A stretch of 33,219 nt of DNA from a virus (Duplodnaviria > Heunggongvirae > Uroviricota > Caudoviricetes), in the IMG/VR virus record IMGVR_UViG_3300046533_000211, positions 1-33,219 of that record; one strand, given 5' to 3'. The notes under the pieces were generated by a model. The model had not been told where the DNA came from. It saw only the letters and a program-made list of their open reading frames with translations, and made no database searches. Positions 30,153 through 33,219 of this stretch are shown here, one piece after another; position 1 is the first letter of the stretch, and each line of letters opens with the position of its first letter. Both the position numbers and the translations under genes were made by a program.

Positions 30153-30954
30153 GGCGTCGGCCCCGGTTGTACTCGCCGATGATCCCGTTTCGGATCGCCT
30201 CGTCAGGGGAGGGGAGGTCGGACCCCTTGCCGAAGTTGATCCACTGTGTCGCGGGGCGAACCTGTAGTGACTTCACCAGCCTGGCCCGGTCCACCTCGGG
30301 ATGGTTCTGCAGGATGAACGCCACGGCCAGCAGCATCCAACGATCCCAGCGGCTGGTGCTGGAGTCATGATCATGTGTCGGGAAGGCCGACTTGATGACC
30401 TGCACCACTCCGTCCAGCAATCTCGCCCCGTACTCCGGGCTGAACTGACCCCCATGGATGATCCTGCGCACCGTGGCCACCGCGCTGATCGTAGTGGCCG
30501 ACCCTGACTTCCCGACACGCATGCCGTGTTCGGCCAGGGCGGCGGTCGCCATGATCTCATGCGCGTGCCCAGCGTTGTGGCACAGCTTCCACCTGTCGAA
30601 CGCCGAATGACCACGACGGCCTGTGGTGATGTCCAGCGCAATCTGAGCCTGCCGCTTGTCACCAGTTCCCTTGGGCAATATCAGACAGGGCACCAATAGG
30701 AGGGGGCTGAGGCCCTGCGCTGCCATCCCCCGGTGTTGGCCCTCAGTGATCTCATAGAGATTTGGCTTGGCTGTGCGGGCCACGGTGAGCGCCTCGAACC
30801 GATTCCAATCGAACTCATTCTGGATACGTGCCACCTTCTCGGGATCAATGTCGCGCTGCTTGCGCTCATCAACCCGCAACTGATCCGCTTGCAAATAGAT
30901 GAACTCACGTGGGTCGGGTTCTGGTGCTTCTGGTTCCTGACGTGCGACTGTCAC
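30139..30954 (-). CDS. ParB/Srx-like N-terminal domain protein (DUF6551-like; 271 aa)
   Basis: QLRVDERKQRDID..KV..I...FDW...LTVAR...YEITEGQHR. Confidence 0.75.
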   Translation of the reverse strand: MTVARQEPEAPEPDPREFIYLQADQLRVDERKQRDIDPEKVARIQNEFDWNRFEALTVARTAKPNLYEITEGQHRGMAAQGLSPLLLVPCLILPKGTGDKRQAQIALDITTGRRGHSAFDRWKLCHNAGHAHEIMATAALAEHGMRVGKSGSATTISAVATVRRIIHGGQFSPEYGARLLDGVVQVIKSAFPTHDHDSSTSRWDRWMLLAVAFILQNHPEVDRARLVKSLQVRPATQWINFGKGSDLPSPDEAIRNGIIGEYNRGRRRGRL

Positions 30955-30981
30955 TTCCGTCGGTGTCCTTTCGTTACTCCC

Positions 30982-31026
30982 GGCCCCTTGCCAAGGTGTG
31001 ATGAGTATAACACCGCACTGTCAATT
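30982..31026 (-). promoter_or_regulatory. Cassette 18 (AATTGACA-N9-TATACT; GGCAAGGGGCC)
   Basis: Box 31019-31026, -10 31004-31009, core 30982-30992. Confidence 0.75.
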
Positions 31027-31047
31027 GCCAGGGGGTGAGCTAAGAGA

Positions 31048-31073
31048 ACGCCCCCAGCCGAAGCTGGGGGCGT
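31048..31073 (-). terminator. Intrinsic terminator with UUCG tetraloop
   Basis: ACGCCCCCAGC-TTCG-GCTGGGGGCGT then TCTCTT on the minus strand, 15 nt after the stop at 31088. Confidence 0.85.
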
Positions 31074-31087
31074 GTCCCTTCAGTGAG

Positions 31088-31564
31088 TTACTCGGCTGCT
31101 GCCCGCGCCTCGCGCCTCGCGGCGACGATGGCCTGGGTGGCCAGCTCAGCGATGCCAGCGACCTGCTCAGTCAGATCGTCCAGCTGTTTGTTCAGCTGAA
31201 CGGTCATCTTCACCGACTCGGGCAACTCGCCCTCGCGGTCCTCCAGGAATGCGTAGTGCTTCTTGCGTCCCCGCCGAACTCCGTCCTCGATCCGCCTGGC
31301 ATGCAGAGCGGAGTCGATGACATATTGGACCTCACCCGCGAGGGTGTAGGTGTGGCCAGTGGCTGGGCAGGCCCACGGGATGATCTGCCCATCGGCCTCA
31401 GCCAACTCGCGGATCTTGCGGAGGATCGTCCGCGCCGACTTGCTGTTGTTGAGGTTCAGCACCGACAGCAGCTGCGCGTAGGTCAGCGGCGTGTTCATGT
31501 ACTGAGCAACCAGCAGGCGGTAGCCCTCCTTGGCCTGGAAGGCAAGAGCTTTCCGACTGGCCAT
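31088..31564 (-). CDS. Putative winged-helix protein (158 aa)
   Basis: LTYAQLLSVLNLNNSKSARTILRKIRE...HTYTL; TGATG coupling. Confidence 0.65.
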   Translation of the reverse strand: MASRKALAFQAKEGYRLLVAQYMNTPLTYAQLLSVLNLNNSKSARTILRKIRELAEADGQIIPWACPATGHTYTLAGEVQYVIDSALHARRIEDGVRRGRKKHYAFLEDREGELPESVKMTVQLNKQLDDLTEQVAGIAELATQAIVAARREARAAAE

Positions 31565-32442
31565 CAGACAGCTCCGTCGTTCAGCAGAGCGGCGAGTTCG
31601 TCGTCCATCGACTTGCCCTGAGCAGCCTCGCGGATGGCATCGAGCACCATCTGCACACTCTCCGCTTCGGTGAGCACCGCATCCCGCGCCTGGCCCTCGA
31701 ACTGACCCAGGCCCCGGATGTCGACCGCGTAGCGCAGCACCGACTGCAGTGCCCGCTTGGCTGCCCGGAATGCAACCACCGCGTTCTCCAGATCAGCGGT
31801 TGAGGTGGCGAAGTCGTCCTTGATCACCCGGCCCTTCTTGGGCTTGACCTTGGCCTCGTCCTCGGCGATCTTCTCGTCGATGGCCTGGCTTGCCGCAATG
31901 GCTGACTTGGGCCTCGACTTGACTGCTGTCGAGACCACCTTGTCAACCGACTTGCGTGGGGCCTTCTCTGGCTCCTGCGGCTCCTCGACGTAGGCCTGGG
32001 CAACCTTCTCATCGGATAGCAGCTGGTCCACGATCTCGGCCTTCTGCTCCACCGACTTGCCCGCCAGCTGCTTGTCGAACGATCCCGTGGTGTGACCTGA
32101 CGGAGGCCATTCGAGATCGGGTGCGATGAACGGGTCACCCGGTGAGACCGGATAGACCCGACCGTTGCGCTTGCGCTTGGTCAGCTCGATGGCTTCCGTC
32201 CACCTGTCGCGATAGAGCTTCACGGTGTCCCTGCTGCGCAGGCCGTGAATCTTCAGCTTCGCGAACTGCTCGAAGCTGAGGACTTCTCTAGAAGTAGAGA
32301 GGTCGGTCCGTTTGCCCTGGCCAGGGGCTTCAGTGAAGGCGTACACGATGGCGGCACGCTCCCATTCCGACGCCGTGACGATCTCACCGAGGCTGGTCAA
32401 CCGGGTGGTTGCCTGCTCAAGGGTCTTCGGGATGTTGCTCAC
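31564..32442 (-). CDS. Phage hypothetical protein with GKRTDL motif (292 aa)
   Basis: Long frame; GTG start overlapping the uORF stop; PGQGKRTDL. Confidence 0.75.
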   Translation of the reverse strand: MSNIPKTLEQATTRLTSLGEIVTASEWERAAIVYAFTEAPGQGKRTDLSTSREVLSFEQFAKLKIHGLRSRDTVKLYRDRWTEAIELTKRKRNGRVYPVSPGDPFIAPDLEWPPSGHTTGSFDKQLAGKSVEQKAEIVDQLLSDEKVAQAYVEEPQEPEKAPRKSVDKVVSTAVKSRPKSAIAASQAIDEKIAEDEAKVKPKKGRVIKDDFATSTADLENAVVAFRAAKRALQSVLRYAVDIRGLGQFEGQARDAVLTEAESVQMVLDAIREAAQGKSMDDELAALLNDGAV

Positions 32443-32477
32443 GTGGCGACCCCCCTGTTCTTCTTCAACAATTTCAT
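32439..32477 (-). CDS. 12-aa leader ORF (MKLLKKNRGVAT)
   Basis: AGGAAGG SD right after hairpin 19; GTGA overlap with next gene. Confidence 0.45.
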   Translation of the reverse strand: MKLLKKNRGVAT

Positions 32478-32496
32478 GCCTTCCTGTTTGGCCCCC

Positions 32497-32543
32497 GGCC
32501 GTTTGCCGAGGTGTGACCACTATAACTCACCCCGGTGTCAATT
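32497..32543 (-). promoter_or_regulatory. Cassette 19 (AATTGACA-N11-TATAGT; GGCAAACGGCC)
   Basis: Box 32536-32543, -10 32519-32524, core 32497-32507. Confidence 0.85.
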
Positions 32544-32597
32544 GCTTCCCCACCTACGACACCAATTTTGGTGGAGTAGAAACCGTTCCCCGGCAGC

Positions 32598-32642
32598 TTG
32601 TCAGACCCCCGAAGTAGGGTCAGGGCACCACGGCATCAGGCC
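32598..32642 (+). promoter_or_regulatory. Cassette 20 on the + strand (TTGTCA-N11-TAGGGT; GGCATCAGGCC)
   Basis: Same geometry in reversed orientation, upstream of the SD and ATG 32658. Confidence 0.75.
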
Positions 32643-32657
32643 AAGGGAAGGCACCCC

Positions 32658-33219
32658 ATGACCATCCGCATCTACCGGCCCCATGACCCCGAGTTCGCCC
32701 TGCCGGGTGGCCCCAAGCACAGCGCCATGATCACCGCCAGCAAGGCCGCTGCGATCTGTGGGGTGAGCCGCTGGCAGTCCGCGTACTCCTGCTGGCTGGA
32801 GATGCGTGGCCTGATCAACCCCGAACCACCGAAGGACATCTTCGCCACCGGGCAGGCCTTCGAGATGGCGCTGGCCGAGCTGTGGAAGCTGCGGCACCCA
32901 CTCTGGCGGCTGTCACGGAGCGAGGTCCAGTACCAGAGTGACGAGCTGCACTACCCAGCAGCAGGAACACCGGATCGGGTGGCCTCGCGGGGCAAGGCCC
33001 GGAAGCTGGTGGAGTTCAAGATCGCTCGCGACTGGGAGGACTGGGGCGACGTGAGCACCGAGGGCGACTGCCCTGCCGATTACGCCACGCAGTGCATGTT
33101 CCAGATGGGCGTGAGTCAGGTGCACCGGCCCACCGACCTGCTGGTGATGGGGCCATGGTTCAGCGAGAAGCTCTACACCGTCGAGTGGGACGAGAAGATC
33201 TGGGCCTGGATCGACAGGT
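32658..33219 (+). CDS. YqaJ-like viral recombinase exonuclease (RecE-type), runs off the window end
   Basis: Manually translated: ITASKAAAICGVSRWQSAYSCWLEMRG, GTPD, VEFK, YATQCMFQM. Confidence 0.85.
   Translation, partial: MTIRIYRPHDPEFALPGGPKHSAMITASKAAAICGVSRWQSAYSCWLEMRGLINPEPPKDIFATGQAFEMALAELWKLRHPLWRLSRSEVQYQSDELHYPAAGTPDRVASRGKARKLVEFKIARDWEDWGDVSTEGDCPADYATQCMFQMGVSQVHRPTDLLVMGPWFSEKLYTVEWDEKIWAWIDR

Noticed and set aside
4677-32642. Motif as Cluster A stoperator, Cluster K SAS or CsrA site
   Set aside because: Sequence differs from those consensus motifs as recalled; the loop lacks GGA; flank covariation points to an RNA stem rather than a fixed DNA word
32601-33125. Minus-strand ORFs 32601-32897 and 32913-33125
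   Set aside because: Antisense to the clearly recognisable YqaJ exonuclease, which the ORF track missed because it runs off the window end
1-33219. Integrase/att site, IS element or known defence system
   Set aside because: No recombinase or transposase motifs, terminal repeats or recognisable defence operon seen; lifestyle cannot be determined from this window

Overview
GC-rich actinobacteriophage-like DNA. The host is probably a Mycobacterium-type actinomycete, judged from WhiB, Ku, a LysA-type M23 domain and an RpoA-CTD homolog. No integrase, capsid, terminase, complete tRNA or CRISPR is visible. Layout: (i) 1-400 is a non-coding CA-rich repeat region. (ii) 412-3719 is the end of a rightward late/structural block (tail-type protein, HNH, single-domain M23 lysin, small membrane protein) closed by a terminator. 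(iii) 3769-32477 is a long, almost entirely leftward accessory/early arm of about 70 mostly small ORFs. It includes DUF6011, SWIM, a Ycf46-like AAA+ module, an RNAP alpha-CTD homolog, GNAT, Ku, a SAM methyltransferase, a WhiB-AP2 fusion, secreted proteins, a deacetylase-GT2 synthase and a ParB-like protein. (iv) A rightward YqaJ/RecE exonuclease starts at 32658. The strongest unexplained signal is a regulatory cassette repeated about 20 times in front of genes, always in the sense of transcription. It comprises an RNA-hairpin motif GGCA-NNN-GGCC with covarying flanks, just 5' of the Shine-Dalgarno, usually preceded by a promoter-like TTG(C/A/T)(T/C)A-N11-T(A/T)nnnT with an unusually short 11-nt spacer. 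Two candidate trans factors that could contact RNA polymerase (alpha-CTD mimic, WhiB-AP2) lie in the same arm. A shared R-x-L-D-[LI] peptide motif marks the AAA+ module proteins. All assignments are from reading the sequence and recalled family motifs; no searches were run.
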